DNA of 62,344 nt from Gemmatimonadales bacterium (GTDB lineage: Bacteria; Gemmatimonadota; Gemmatimonadetes; Gemmatimonadales; GWC2-71-9), in NCBI GenBank assembly GCA_035310725.1, contig DATGDT010000122.1:1-62344 (forward strand), given 5' to 3'. The notes beneath the pieces were generated by a model, which worked only from the letters and a program-made list of their open reading frames with translations, had not been told where the DNA came from and did no database searches. This document shows positions 27,213-36,724 of the stretch, piece after piece. Numbering within the stretch: position 1 is the stretch's first letter; each line of letters opens with the position of its first letter. The translations under genes and the position numbers were made by a program.

Positions 27213-28565
27213 TCAGGGGTTGGTAGAAACAGCCTCCGGGATCCGCGGAGACCAGGCCGGCAGGCGTGCCCCACTCTGCTGCAGCAGGGGACGGATGCGC
27301 CCCGTCTCCAGATCAATCACCCACAACTGCCGGTAGCCGCTGCGGTCGGAGACGAAGGCCAAGTGACGGCTGTCCGGCGCCCAGGTAGGGTCCTCATTGC
27401 GGCCGAGCGACGTCAACTGCCGCACCGACCGAGTCCGTACATCGAGCACAAAGACCTGCAGCGTGCCGCCGACATCCCGGTGGAAGGCCACCGACTGTCC
27501 GTCGGGAGACCATTCCGGAGCGTTCGATGAGCCGGTCACCCCGTAATCGAACGGGGCGAACAGCTGCTGATCGGTCCCGTCCGCGCTCATGACGTAGATC
27601 TGCGGCAATCCGGGCCGCGTCGAGACGAACGCGATCCGCTGCCCGTCGGGACTGTAGGTCGGAGACAAGTTGTCCGAAAAGCCGCCGCGGGTCAAGCGCT
27701 GCAGGCAGCAATTGTCGCGCATGTTGACCGTATAAACATCGGTGCCTTCTTCGGTCGCCCGGCTGAACGCGAGCGTCTTCCCGTCAGGCGAGAAGGCCGG
27801 AGTGAAGTCGAGCGCCTTCCCCGTCGTGACGACGCTCACGCGGCGGTGGGTCGCCACGTCCTGCACGAACAGCTGCCCGTGACCTTCCGAGAATTCCATG
27901 TAGCTGAACTGTCGTCCGTTCCGGGCCCAGGCCGGCGACATCGCCTGATGATCGGAGGACGAGACCAGGCCGACATCCGCCCCGTCCTGATCAATGGTGT
28001 ACACCTTGCCGTCGCGGACGAACAGGATGCGGGTGGCGGCGATGCCCGGGGCCCCGAGCGTCGCCTGCAGTACCTGGTCGGCCACCCGGTGCACGGCCAG
28101 CCGGAATCCCGAGTGCCCGAGGGCCGGCAGCACCTGGCGGAACGCACGACGAATGCCGCCCGCCGTGACGTCGTGGACGACGACGACGGTGGTGTCGCCG
28201 ACGCGCCGGGCTTCGACCGCGAAGTCCGCCCCGAGCGCCCGATAGAGCGGGTAGTTCAAACCGGGCGCCGTCCGGGGCGTCGTAACGGGCGGCTCCGCCG
28301 GCCCGAGACTCGCGGCATCGGCGCCCGGCATGGTGATCACCTCGAAGCGATCGCTGTAGTCGAGGTCGCGGGTGATGATGGCGCGCACCGAATCCAGAGT
28401 CGCCTGACTCCCGGGCAGGACCACGATCCCGGGGCGCACGCCGGGCCGGTACACGATACCGATCCGAACGCCGCGGTCGATGGCGGAGGTGTCCTGGGCG
28501 GATAGACGGATCGCCGGATAGGCGGACAGGAATACCGCCACCAGGAACAGACGATCCGCCTTCAT
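27213..28565 (-). CDS. tolB: Tol-Pal system beta-propeller protein TolB
   Basis: Start chosen at MKADRLFLVAVFLSAYPAIRLSAQ. Repeated propeller motifs are present (SPAWARNGRQFSY, TPAFSPDGKTLAF, SPTYSPDGQRIAFVS, APEWSPDGQSVAF, DPTWAPDSRHLAFVS). There is an ATGA overlap with the upstream gene. Confidence 0.95.
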   Translation of the reverse strand: MKADRLFLVAVFLSAYPAIRLSAQDTSAIDRGVRIGIVYRPGVRPGIVVLPGSQATLDSVRAIITRDLDYSDRFEVITMPGADAASLGPAEPPVTTPRTAPGLNYPLYRALGADFAVEARRVGDTTVVVVHDVTAGGIRRAFRQVLPALGHSGFRLAVHRVADQVLQATLGAPGIAATRILFVRDGKVYTIDQDGADVGLVSSSDHQAMSPAWARNGRQFSYMEFSEGHGQLFVQDVATHRRVSVVTTGKALDFTPAFSPDGKTLAFSRATEEGTDVYTVNMRDNCCLQRLTRGGFSDNLSPTYSPDGQRIAFVSTRPGLPQIYVMSADGTDQQLFAPFDYGVTGSSNAPEWSPDGQSVAFHRDVGGTLQVFVLDVRTRSVRQLTSLGRNEDPTWAPDSRHLAFVSDRSGYRQLWVIDLETGRIRPLLQQSGARLPAWSPRIPEAVSTNP

Positions 28566-29248
28566 CGGCGCTGCCCCGAGAAGTAGAATCGCACGAAGAG
28601 CACGTCCGGCACCCACCCGTCCGGCAGCACGCCGAACGCCTTGAACCGTCCGGCCTCTTCGATCGCGCCCTGGGCTTCGAGATCGAACGCGAAGTTGCCC
28701 GACCGCTTCACGAATTGCAGGTCGGTGATGGTGCCGTCCCGATGCACCATGAAGGCGACCTCGGCATCGAGCGGCGTGTTGTCCAGGGGACGCTGCCAGC
28801 GGCGCAGCACCTGGGACACGACGTTCTGGAGGTATTCGGGGTACGGGAACTCGATGCCCTCGGTGCTGACGGTCGCGACGTCGCTGCCGGTGCTCGGCGT
28901 CTCACCCGGCAGCGGGCGCGCGGTCGGCGTCGTACGGGGCGCGGCCTCGCGCTTCTTCGTGTCCGCGACGGGAGGCGGCGCCGCGGTCGCGGCAGTGTTC
29001 TTGGGTGCGGGCTTCGGCGCGGCTGGCGGCGGCTCCACGGGGGCGGCCTCCCGCTCGACGGCCGGCGGTGCGGGCCGCGCATCAGGCGGCAGATCCGGTG
29101 CGGCGATGAGCCGCACACGGTAGGTGGGCGGCGCCGAGCGCGCGCCCGAGGCGGACGCCAGGAACATGACGAGCACCGCGCCGTGCACCACGACCGTACC
29201 GGCCAGTCCGAGGGGGATGTTCGTCACGGCGCGCCCGTGGCGGCTCAT
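28562..29248 (-). CDS. TonB-family energy transducer occupying the TolA position
   Basis: This is the last 228 codons of the 566-aa track ORF. It has an N-terminal TM helix (IPLGLAGTVVVHGAVLVMFLA), a Pro-rich spacer, and a TonB-C-like end (FPYPEYLQNVVSQVLRRWQRP...VAFMVHRDGTITDLQFVKRSGN). Confidence 0.85.
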   Translation of the reverse strand: MSRHGRAVTNIPLGLAGTVVVHGAVLVMFLASASGARSAPPTYRVRLIAAPDLPPDARPAPPAVEREAAPVEPPPAAPKPAPKNTAATAAPPPVADTKKREAAPRTTPTARPLPGETPSTGSDVATVSTEGIEFPYPEYLQNVVSQVLRRWQRPLDNTPLDAEVAFMVHRDGTITDLQFVKRSGNFAFDLEAQGAIEEAGRFKAFGVLPDGWVPDVLFVRFYFSGQRR

Positions 29249-29676
29249 CGCGTCGTCTCCGGCTCGGCCACGAGCCCCACGTCGTTCACTCCGGCGGCAC
29301 GGATCACGGCGAGCACCTGCACCACCGTCGCGTAGGCGACGCGGCCGTCCGCGCGGAGGTACACCCCTGTGGGATGCCGGCTGCGCACGAACGCCGGGAA
29401 CGTCGCCCGGAAATCCTCGTAGGACAGCCCGGCTTGATCGAGGAAGATGCGCCCGGTCCGGTCCACCGTCACCACGAGGCCGGTCTTCGGCTCGATGGGG
29501 CGCGCCTCCGCTCGGGGCAGCCGGACATCGACGCCGCCCTGCATGATCGGCGCGGTGATCATGAAAATGATGAGGAGCACGAACGCCACGTCGACGAGAC
29601 TGGTGACGTTGATGTCGGCGGTCAGCGGCAATTCGCCGTGCCCGCGCAGCCCGCCGCCGCCCACGAGGCCCGCCAT
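29245..29676 (-). CDS. tolR: ExbD/TolR family protein
   Basis: 143 aa. ADINVTSLVDVAFVLLIIFMITAP is followed by a periplasmic domain. There is an ATGA overlap with the downstream gene. Confidence 0.92.
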   Translation of the reverse strand: MAGLVGGGGLRGHGELPLTADINVTSLVDVAFVLLIIFMITAPIMQGGVDVRLPRAEARPIEPKTGLVVTVDRTGRIFLDQAGLSYEDFRATFPAFVRSRHPTGVYLRADGRVAYATVVQVLAVIRAAGVNDVGLVAEPETTR

Positions 29677-29679
29677 CGG

Positions 29680-30396
29680 CTACAGCCTCCCCTCGCGCGC
29701 CAGGGTGCCGATGATCTCCTGGGCGAAGCCTTCCAGCTCTCCCGCGAACAGCCCGAGGCGGCTGACGTAGGCGTTGTACGCCATGACCGCCGGTACCGCG
29801 ACCGCCAGACCCGCGACGGTGGTCACGAGCGCCTCGGCGACGCCCGGCGCGACAGCCGCGATGTTCCCCGAGCCCCCGACGGCGATCCCGATGAAGGCAT
29901 CCATCACGCCAAGCACCGTGCCCAGGAGCCCGAGCAGCGGACTGACCGAACCGAACGTGGCCAGCCACGGGATGAAGCGGGCGGCGGCATCGCGCTCGGC
30001 CGCGACCTCCTTGGCGAGCACCATGCGCAGCGCCTCGAGCTGCATCATCGTCAGCGTCGGGGTGGGATTGGGCCCGGCGGGCTCGCGCAGCAGGCCGGGC
30101 TTCAGGTGCGAGAAGAACTGCACGGCCTCGCGCAGCAGGCGATTGTACGGCGACGGTGGCAAGCGCATCGCCGTGTGATACGCCTCTTCGAGGCGATTGG
30201 CCTTCTCGATTTCCCGCATGAAGCGATCGGCCTGCCGGCGCATGTGGCGGAACTGCCACCATTTCAGGATGATCAGATACCAGGAGACGACCGAGAACAC
30301 GACCAGCACCGCGAGGACGAACTTCGTCTCGCGGCTCGACGCCAGCACCAGATCCCAGGGCGAGGACGGCAGCGCCCGGCCGACTTGCAGGAGCAC
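29680..30396 (-). CDS. tolQ: MotA/TolQ/ExbB proton-channel protein
   Basis: I chose GTG 30396, which has GGAGGGG 4-5 nt upstream. Sequence: MLLQVGRALPSSPWDLVLASSRETKFVLAVLVVFSVVSWYLII...LATFGSVSPLLGLLGTVLGVM. The longer track ORF overlaps the upstream epimerase gene. Confidence 0.92.
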   Translation of the reverse strand: MLLQVGRALPSSPWDLVLASSRETKFVLAVLVVFSVVSWYLIILKWWQFRHMRRQADRFMREIEKANRLEEAYHTAMRLPPSPYNRLLREAVQFFSHLKPGLLREPAGPNPTPTLTMMQLEALRMVLAKEVAAERDAAARFIPWLATFGSVSPLLGLLGTVLGVMDAFIGIAVGGSGNIAAVAPGVAEALVTTVAGLAVAVPAVMAYNAYVSRLGLFAGELEGFAQEIIGTLAREGRL

Positions 30397-30397
30397 C

Positions 30398-31342
30398 CTA
30401 CCCCTCCGCGATCCAGCGCATGGTTCGCGCGAGCCCGTCGGGCAGCGGCACCCGGGGGCGCCAGCCCAGCTCGCGTTCCGCCTTCGTGACCGCCAAGGCG
30501 CTCCGCAGAATCTCGCCGGCGCGCGCCGGCGCCCGGCGGACATCACCCGCGCGGCCGGTGGCCTGCACGATCAGGTCGGCGAGACGGTTCACCGAAGTCT
30601 CGATCCCGGTGCCGATGTTGAAGGCCCGGCTATCGAGCGACTGCAGCGCCGGCAGCGGGCGCTCGGCGGCAAGCAGGTTGGCCGCGGCCACGTCCTCGAC
30701 GTACACCAGATCGCGCGTCTGTTCCCCGTTCCCGTAGATCGTGATCGGCTCGCCCTGGAGCAGGCGCTTGCCGAAGATGGCTACCACGCCGGCCTCCCCG
30801 TGCGGATTCTGCCGCGGCCCGTATACGTTGGCGTAGCGGAGCGCCACGGCTTCCAGGCCGTACAGCTGGGCGAACGTCGCGAGATAGTACTCCGAGGTCA
30901 GCTTGGCGGTCCCATAGGGGGAGGCCGGCAGCTTGGCGGCGGTTTCGGTCGTCGGAGTCGGGGCGCCCTCGCCGTAGACCGTGCCGCCCGAAGAGGCGAA
31001 GACGATGCGGTGCACCCCGCCCGCCCGTGCCCCCTCGAGCAGGTTCAGGAGGCCGAGCACGTTGACCTGGGCATCGAAGACCGGATCCTCCACCGACCGG
31101 CGCACATCCATCTGCGCGGCGTGGTGATTGAGGACGGTGAACCCGCCGCCGGCGACGAGCGCGCGGGCTTCCGGCGACCGGATATCGGCGCGGACCAGCT
31201 TCGCGGCGGACGGCACGTTTTCCGCTTTTCCCGTGGACAGATCGTCGAGGACGCTCACCTCGTCGCCGGCCGCGAGGTATGCCTCCACGACGTGCGACCC
31301 GATGAACCCGGCTCCACCCGAAACCAGTACGCGTCGTGTCAT
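30398..31342 (-). CDS. NAD-dependent epimerase/dehydratase (GalE-like UDP-hexose 4-epimerase)
   Basis: Start at [23 protein letters not shown]. The catalytic motif is SPYGTAKL. The stop codon lies 1 nt before the tolQ GTG. Confidence 0.85.
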   Translation of the reverse strand: MTRRVLVSGGAGFIGSHVVEAYLAAGDEVSVLDDLSTGKAENVPSAAKLVRADIRSPEARALVAGGGFTVLNHHAAQMDVRRSVEDPVFDAQVNVLGLLNLLEGARAGGVHRIVFASSGGTVYGEGAPTPTTETAAKLPASPYGTAKLTSEYYLATFAQLYGLEAVALRYANVYGPRQNPHGEAGVVAIFGKRLLQGEPITIYGNGEQTRDLVYVEDVAAANLLAAERPLPALQSLDSRAFNIGTGIETSVNRLADLIVQATGRAGDVRRAPARAGEILRSALAVTKAERELGWRPRVPLPDGLARTMRWIAEG

Positions 31343-31416
31343 GTGTGTGCGTTTCCTCTCCTCCCTCCGGTGCGGCCGGCCGCCGCGGAGGCGACGATGG
31401 TGGGATGATGATCGGC

Positions 31417-31440
31417 GGCCCCGGTCGAGCGACCGGGGCC
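31417..31440 (-). terminator. 10-bp perfect GC hairpin 11 nt after the LysM-protein stop
   Basis: ggccccggtc-gagc-gaccggggcc. There is no U tract. It sits in the 109-nt spacer before the epimerase gene. Confidence 0.45.
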
Positions 31441-31451
31441 GGCAGGCGAGG

Positions 31452-32570
31452 TCAGGAGGGCATCTTCTTGATGAGGCGCACGGGCATACCGGAGCCAAGT
31501 GCGGGGTTCGACATCCCGATGACGATCACCGACGCCGTGTGCTCGCGCGTGTGCACCACCAGGAGCTGCACCCGGACTTCCTCGGAGCGCGCACCGACTT
31601 CGCCGGAGGCGGGCCGATACGCCTCGAACACGTCGCCCAACGCGACACCGTCGGAGCGCCCCTTGTCGATGAAGAGCACCTGCTGCACGCTCGCCAGCAC
31701 GTGCTCGTCGCGCATCGCGATGAGGCGCCCCTCCAGCCCCTGCTCGACCGGGGCCGGCCGGACGGCGCCGGGGTCCTTGAACGGCTCCAGCGGCAGCGCG
31801 AGGCTGCCACCCTGGATGCGCCCGAACTGCATGATGACCAGCGCCAGCACCTGCTTCTCCTGGACCGACGTCACGCGGGCCACGCCCTGCGGCACCACGA
31901 CGTCGCCCCACGGATCGATCTTGCGATCCAGCCGGGCCACGAGCAGCGAGTCCCCCACATGGTAGGACGCCTGCGACGGCGGCACGATCGCGATCTCCGC
32001 GAACTGGCCGGCCGTGCCCGGATCGGTGAGCACCGGGATCGCGGGCTTGGCGGTGTTGCCGACGACGCGAGCCCACGGCAGGTCCTCTCCCTCGGTCAGG
32101 AAGCCCGAGGAGTAGAACTCGCCGCGCCGCACGGGCCGGTAGATCTGGTGCGCGTAGCGCCGCAGCACATCCTGCACCTGCTGCTGCTTGCTCGCGCGAC
32201 GATCGAAGATCGTCCCGGGCCCCTCCGGCTCTTCGGGAGGCGGCTCGGGCACCGCCCCGATCGTGTCGGCCTGGCCCGTGGTATCGGCGATACCTTGGCC
32301 CACCACCTGAGTGGTATCGACCGGCGCGCCGGCGATGCCGCCCAGATCGAGCACCTCGCCGGGATAAATCCAGTGCGGGTCCTCGATCACCGCGGTGTTG
32401 CGGCGGTAGATCTCCGGCCACAACAGCGGGTCGGCGAAGTACTGCTGCGAGATCGACCAGAGGGTTTCACCCCGCGCCACGACGTGACTTCCGGCGGCGG
32501 GGGCGACCGTGGTGGTGTCCTGGGCAGCGAGCGTCGCCGCCACCGGCAGGGCGACCACCACGGCCGCCAT
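31452..32570 (-). CDS. Secreted LysM domain protein
   Basis: Start chosen at MAAVVVALPVAATLAAQ (signal peptide), which avoids overlapping ssb. LysM motif: HVVARGETLWSISQQYFADPLLWPEIYRRN...IYPGEVL. I do not recognise the C-terminal ~270 aa. Confidence 0.8.
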   Translation of the reverse strand: MAAVVVALPVAATLAAQDTTTVAPAAGSHVVARGETLWSISQQYFADPLLWPEIYRRNTAVIEDPHWIYPGEVLDLGGIAGAPVDTTQVVGQGIADTTGQADTIGAVPEPPPEEPEGPGTIFDRRASKQQQVQDVLRRYAHQIYRPVRRGEFYSSGFLTEGEDLPWARVVGNTAKPAIPVLTDPGTAGQFAEIAIVPPSQASYHVGDSLLVARLDRKIDPWGDVVVPQGVARVTSVQEKQVLALVIMQFGRIQGGSLALPLEPFKDPGAVRPAPVEQGLEGRLIAMRDEHVLASVQQVLFIDKGRSDGVALGDVFEAYRPASGEVGARSEEVRVQLLVVHTREHTASVIVIGMSNPALGSGMPVRLIKKMPS

Positions 32571-32577
32571 GATGCGG

Positions 32578-33057
32578 CTAGAACGGCAGATCGTCGTCCT
32601 CCTCATCCAGCGCCTCCGGGAACGCGTCGAGCGACTCGGTCTTGCCTTCCGGCGCCACCTTCGCCGTCGCTTTGGCGCGCGCGAAATCCCCTGACCCCTC
32701 GCTTCCGGCGCCACGGGGTGACAACAGGATCACTTCACGCGCGATGATCTCGGTGACGTAACGGGTCTGCTTTTCTTTGTCTTCCCACGTGCGGTACTCG
32801 ACTCGCCCTTCGACGTAGATCTTGTCGCCCTTCTTCATGTACTTCTCGGCGAGATCGGCGAGCCCGGAACCCTTGTTGTTCCAGCAGATCACCCGGTGCC
32901 ACTCGGTCTTTTCCTGCTTCTCGCCGTTTTGGCCGGTCCACTGACGGCTCGTGGCCAGGGACAGATTGGCCACACGGGACCCGTTGTTGGTGCTACGCAC
33001 TTCGGGATCGGCCCCCAAGTTGCCGATCAGCATGACTTTGTTCAGGCTTCTGCTCAC
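32578..33057 (-). CDS. ssb: Single-stranded DNA-binding protein
   Basis: GTG 33057 has GGAGG 5 nt upstream. Sequence: MSRSLNKVMLIGNLGADPEVRST...TEWHRVICW...acidic tip EEDDDLPF. The track ORF start at 33135 lies upstream of the mapped promoter, so it is unlikely to be used. Confidence 0.95.
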   Translation of the reverse strand: MSRSLNKVMLIGNLGADPEVRSTNNGSRVANLSLATSRQWTGQNGEKQEKTEWHRVICWNNKGSGLADLAEKYMKKGDKIYVEGRVEYRTWEDKEKQTRYVTEIIAREVILLSPRGAGSEGSGDFARAKATAKVAPEGKTESLDAFPEALDEEDDDLPF

Positions 33058-33102
33058 GGCTGCCTCCGGACGTTGGGCGGGCGGGGGCCAAGGATGCCCC
33101 AG

Positions 33103-33131
33103 ATTATATGACCCGCAAGTCATTCTGTCAA
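33103..33131 (-). promoter_or_regulatory. Perfect consensus sigma70 promoter for ssb
   Basis: Minus strand reads TTGACA (33131-33126), 17 nt (gaatgacttgcgggtca), then TATAAT (33108-33103). The spacer contains the inverted repeat ATGAC-N6-GTCAT. Confidence 0.7.
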
Positions 33132-33157
33132 TCAAAGATACGCCACTTGTACCATTT

Positions 33158-33709
33158 CTACGCAGACGGCTCGACTGCCGGAATGGCGGCCCGGAGGATC
33201 ACCGCGTCCTCCACCGGCCGACGGTAGTATCGTCGTCGGCGACCGACGTCCTGGAAGCCGAACGTCCGGTACAGCTCCTGCGCCGCGAAGTTCGATTCGC
33301 GCACTTCCAGGAATACCTCGCGCACCCCGGCGGCGGCGAACGACGCGAGGAGCTGGCGCACCAGACTGGCCCCGACTCCGCGGCGGCGGGCGTTCAACGT
33401 CACGCCGAGGTTCAGGATCTCGCTCTGGTCGCGCACCGCGCGGCCGACGATATAGCCCAATACCCCGCTGTCCCCTTCGGCGACGAGGATCTGCACGCCC
33501 ATGGCGAGGCAATCTTCGAAGTCGCCTCGGGACCAGGGATCCGTGAAGGCGACCCGCTCGATCGCGACGAGTGCCGGCAGGTCAGCTGCCTGAGCCGGAC
33601 GGATGTGACAGCGGGCGTCCGTGACGCGCCTCCCAGCGAGCCTGCGCCTCCGCGGGACGGCCGTAGTCGGGCTCGGCCACAGCGGCGTCGGCCAGGATGC
33701 GGCCCGCAT
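33158..33709 (-). CDS. rimI: Ribosomal-protein-alanine N-acetyltransferase (GNAT)
   Basis: IRPAQAADLPALVAIERVAFTDPWS...LNLGVTLNARRRGVGASLV...EVRESNFAAQELYRTFGF. The only canonical in-frame start is ATG 33709, which overlaps tsaB by 128 nt, so the start is uncertain. Confidence 0.85.
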   Translation of the reverse strand: MRAASWPTPLWPSPTTAVPRRRRLAGRRVTDARCHIRPAQAADLPALVAIERVAFTDPWSRGDFEDCLAMGVQILVAEGDSGVLGYIVGRAVRDQSEILNLGVTLNARRRGVGASLVRQLLASFAAAGVREVFLEVRESNFAAQELYRTFGFQDVGRRRRYYRRPVEDAVILRAAIPAVEPSA

Positions 33710-34316
33710 CGGACCGCGGGTGCAGGGCGAGGAGCGACGCGGCCGCGGGTTGGAGACTCATGAGGGAAAGCGGCGCCGTCCCGGTCCACCGTTCCATGGC
33801 GTCGGCGTACCGCAGCGCGGCATCACCCACCGCCACGCGGGGTCGCAGTGAACAACGGGCGACGAGCTCGTCCGGGGTGCAGGTCAGGGGCGCGACCACG
33901 GTCTCGACGCGCCCGGCGTGCACCACGTACACCGCGGCGAATACCTGCCCGCGCAAGGCGTCGAAGGACGCCGCCACGGGAACGGGACCGAGCACGGCCG
34001 CGGCACCCGCTGCCGCGGCCAGCAGCGCCGGCATCGCGACGATGGGGAGGCCACGCTCCTGAGCAAGCCCTTTGGCGGCCGCCCAGCCGATGCGCAGGCC
34101 GGTGAAACTGCCGGGCCCATCGGCGACGATGAAGCCAGCGAGATCGGCGGCACGGAGACCGACTGCCCCGAGGGTGCGGTCCGCCAGCTCGATGATCTGC
34201 GCCGCCTGCGACCGCGCGCCGGTGATGACGGTCACGCTATCTGCTGAGGGGGGCGTCCCCACGGCCACCGATGCCACGCCGGTCGCGGTGTCGATGGCGA
34301 GCCAGTGCCCGCTCAC
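33582..34316 (-). CDS. tsaB: tRNA t6A37 biosynthesis protein TsaB
   Basis: GTG 34316 forms a GTGA overlap with the tsaE stop. Sequence: [19 protein letters not shown]...VADGPGSFTGLRIGWAAAKGLA. The longer track ORF is an out-of-context extension. Confidence 0.9.
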   Translation of the reverse strand: MSGHWLAIDTATGVASVAVGTPPSADSVTVITGARSQAAQIIELADRTLGAVGLRAADLAGFIVADGPGSFTGLRIGWAAAKGLAQERGLPIVAMPALLAAAAGAAAVLGPVPVAASFDALRGQVFAAVYVVHAGRVETVVAPLTCTPDELVARCSLRPRVAVGDAALRYADAMERWTGTAPLSLMSLQPAAASLLALHPRSDAGRILADAAVAEPDYGRPAEAQARWEARHGRPLSHPSGSGS

Positions 34317-34717
34317 CGCTCCTCCAGCGTGCGGTAGTCCGGATCGGTGTCGTGCGCGAGGATGAAGTACCGGTCGAGCGGCGGCATCATGTGTCCCGCC
34401 TTTTCGGGCCATTCGACCAGGAGAATCGCCCGCTGCGTGAGGACGTCTTCGAGACCGAGGTCGCGCGCCTCCTGGGATGAGCGGAGGCGGTAACAGTCGA
34501 CATGAAACACGGTGCCCGCCGGAGACTCGTAGCGGTGCACCAGCGCGTAGGTCGGGCTCGTGGCCGGCACCGCGGCCTGCAGCCCGCGGCAAATGGCCTG
34601 AATCAGGGTCGTCTTTCCCGATCCCAGATCGCCGGAAAAGCCGATGATGGCGGGAGCGCGCAGCTCCCGCCCCAAGCGCTCACCGAACTGGTTGAGCTCG
34701 TCCACGTGCAGCCGCAC
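34313..34717 (-). CDS. tsaE: tRNA t6A37 biosynthesis ATPase TsaE
   Basis: 134 aa. The P-loop is [18 protein letters not shown], and [10 protein letters not shown] and HVDCYRL are also present. The start overlaps the uvrB 3' end by 38 nt, so the exact start is uncertain. Confidence 0.9.
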   Translation of the reverse strand: MRLHVDELNQFGERLGRELRAPAIIGFSGDLGSGKTTLIQAICRGLQAAVPATSPTYALVHRYESPAGTVFHVDCYRLRSSQEARDLGLEDVLTQRAILLVEWPEKAGHMMPPLDRYFILAHDTDPDYRTLEER

Positions 34718-36710
34718 GCCGACCTCCCCGTGGCTCGAGGTCCGCCTTCAGCTCGAGCAGTTGATCCCGCAGCAGCGCAGCCAGCTCGAAGTCGAGCGCT
34801 TCGGCGGCGGCCTGCATCTGAGATTCGAGCAGCCGGATCATCGCGTCCCGCTCGGCGGCATCCGCCGGGCGCCGCACCGGCGTCTCCGGCACCCGACTGC
34901 CGCGGGCATCCGCCACGCGGGTCACGAATCGGATGTCGCCGACCGACTTCACGATCGAGCGCGGGGTGATGCCGTGTTCGACATTATACGCCTGCTGCCG
35001 GGTCCGCCGCCGCGTCATCTCGTCCAGGGCCCGCTGCATCGAGCCGGTGATCCGGTCCGCGTACAAGATCGCCTTGCCGTGCAGGTTGCGGGCAGCCCGC
35101 CCCACCGTCTGGATGAGCGAGCGATCCGAGCGCAGAAACCCCTCCTGGTCGGCGTCCAGCACGGCCACGAGGGAGACCTCCGGCAGATCCAGCCCTTCGC
35201 GCAGCAGGTTGATCCCCACGAGCACGTCGAACTCCCCCAGCCGCAGGCCGCGGATGATCTCGACCCGCTCGATGGCGTCGATTTCCGAGTGCAGGTAGCG
35301 CACGCGCACGCCGTGCTGCTGCAGATAGTCGGTCAGATCCTCCGACATCCGCTTGGTGAGGGTGGTGACGAGCACCCGCTCGGTGGCCCGGGCGCGCTCC
35401 CGGATCTCGTGCAGCAGGTCGTCCACCTGCCCCTTCACGGGCCGGATTTCGACCTCGGGGTCCACGAGCCCCGTGGGACGGATGATCTGCTCCACCACGA
35501 CGCCTTCGGAGAGCCGCAGCTCCTGGTCGCCTGGTGTGGCGGACACGAACACCAGCCGCGGTACCAGCTTCATGAACTCGTCGAAGCGCAGCGGACGGTT
35601 GTCGAGCGCGGAGGGCAGGCGGAACCCGTAGTCCACCAGGGTCTGCTTGCGCGAGCGGTCCCCTTCGTACATCCCGCCGAGCTGCGGCAGCGTCTGGTGC
35701 GATTCGTCGATGACGCAGAGAAAATCGTCGGGGAAATAGTCGAGCAGCACCGCCGGCCGCTCGCCGGGTTGGCGCGTCGTGAGATGGCGCGAGTAGTTCT
35801 CGATGCCGCTGCACCGGCCGACTTCGAGCAGCATGTCGACGTCGAACAGCGTGCGAGACTCCAGCCGTTGCGCCTCGACCAGCTTGTTCTGCGCCCGCAG
35901 CTCGGCCAGTCGTTCCTTGAGCTCGGCCCGGATGGCCGCGACCGCGCGCTCGACCGTCGGCCGCTCGGTCACGAAGTGCGTGGCCGGATAGACGACGGCC
36001 CGGTTGAGCTGGGCGATGGCGTTGCCGGTGGTCGGATCGATCTTGGTGATCCGCTCCACCGCGTCGCCCCACAGCTCGATGCGGACGCCCTGCTCGTCGT
36101 AGGCCGGGAAGATCTCGATCGTGTCGCCCCGGACCCGGAAGGTGCCCCGCTCGAAGGCGACGTCATTGCGCTGATAGTTGATCCGGACGAGATCTTCGAG
36201 AATCCCGTCGCGTCCCCGGTCTTTCCCGGTTTCGACGGTGAGCAGCAGCCGGCGGTACGCTTCCGGATCTCCCAGGCCGTAGATCGCCGAGACGCTCGCC
36301 ACGATCACGACGTCGTCGCGCTCCAGCAGGCTCGAGGTCGCCCGCAGCCGCAGCGCATCGATGTCGTCGTTGATGGACGAATCCTTGGCGATATACGTGT
36401 CGGTCTGCGGGACGTAGGCTTCGGGCTGGTAGTAGTCGTAGTACGAGATGAAGAATTCCACCGCGTTGCGGGGGAAGAACGTCTTGAGCTCTCCGTACAG
36501 CTGCGCCGCCAGGGTCTTGTTGTGGGAGAGCACGAGCGTGGGACGGCCATGGGCGGCGATCACGTGGGCCATCGTCATCGTCTTGCCCGACCCGGTGACG
36601 CCGAGCAGCGTCTGATAGCGGTCGCCACGCGCCAGTCCGGCGGACAGGGACCGGATGGCCTCGGGCTGGTCCCCCGCCGGGCTAAACGGCGAAACGAGAT
36701 CGAACGGCAT
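34680..36710 (-). CDS. uvrB: Excinuclease ABC subunit B
   Basis: 676 aa. [19 protein letters not shown]...[10 protein letters not shown]..., helicase motifs, and a C-terminal UVR domain ([17 protein letters not shown]). Confidence 0.97.
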   Translation of the reverse strand: MPFDLVSPFSPAGDQPEAIRSLSAGLARGDRYQTLLGVTGSGKTMTMAHVIAAHGRPTLVLSHNKTLAAQLYGELKTFFPRNAVEFFISYYDYYQPEAYVPQTDTYIAKDSSINDDIDALRLRATSSLLERDDVVIVASVSAIYGLGDPEAYRRLLLTVETGKDRGRDGILEDLVRINYQRNDVAFERGTFRVRGDTIEIFPAYDEQGVRIELWGDAVERITKIDPTTGNAIAQLNRAVVYPATHFVTERPTVERAVAAIRAELKERLAELRAQNKLVEAQRLESRTLFDVDMLLEVGRCSGIENYSRHLTTRQPGERPAVLLDYFPDDFLCVIDESHQTLPQLGGMYEGDRSRKQTLVDYGFRLPSALDNRPLRFDEFMKLVPRLVFVSATPGDQELRLSEGVVVEQIIRPTGLVDPEVEIRPVKGQVDDLLHEIRERARATERVLVTTLTKRMSEDLTDYLQQHGVRVRYLHSEIDAIERVEIIRGLRLGEFDVLVGINLLREGLDLPEVSLVAVLDADQEGFLRSDRSLIQTVGRAARNLHGKAILYADRITGSMQRALDEMTRRRTRQQAYNVEHGITPRSIVKSVGDIRFVTRVADARGSRVPETPVRRPADAAERDAMIRLLESQMQAAAEALDFELAALLRDQLLELKADLEPRGGRRAAARGRAQPVR

Positions 36711-36724
36711 GGCAGAAAGCTAAC

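Noticed and set aside
28562-30262. A 566-aa minus-strand ORF covering the tolA-like, tolR and tolQ regions
   Set aside because: Only the C-terminal 228 codons, starting at ATG 29248, look like a real TonB-family protein. The rest overlaps the well-supported tolR and tolQ frames.
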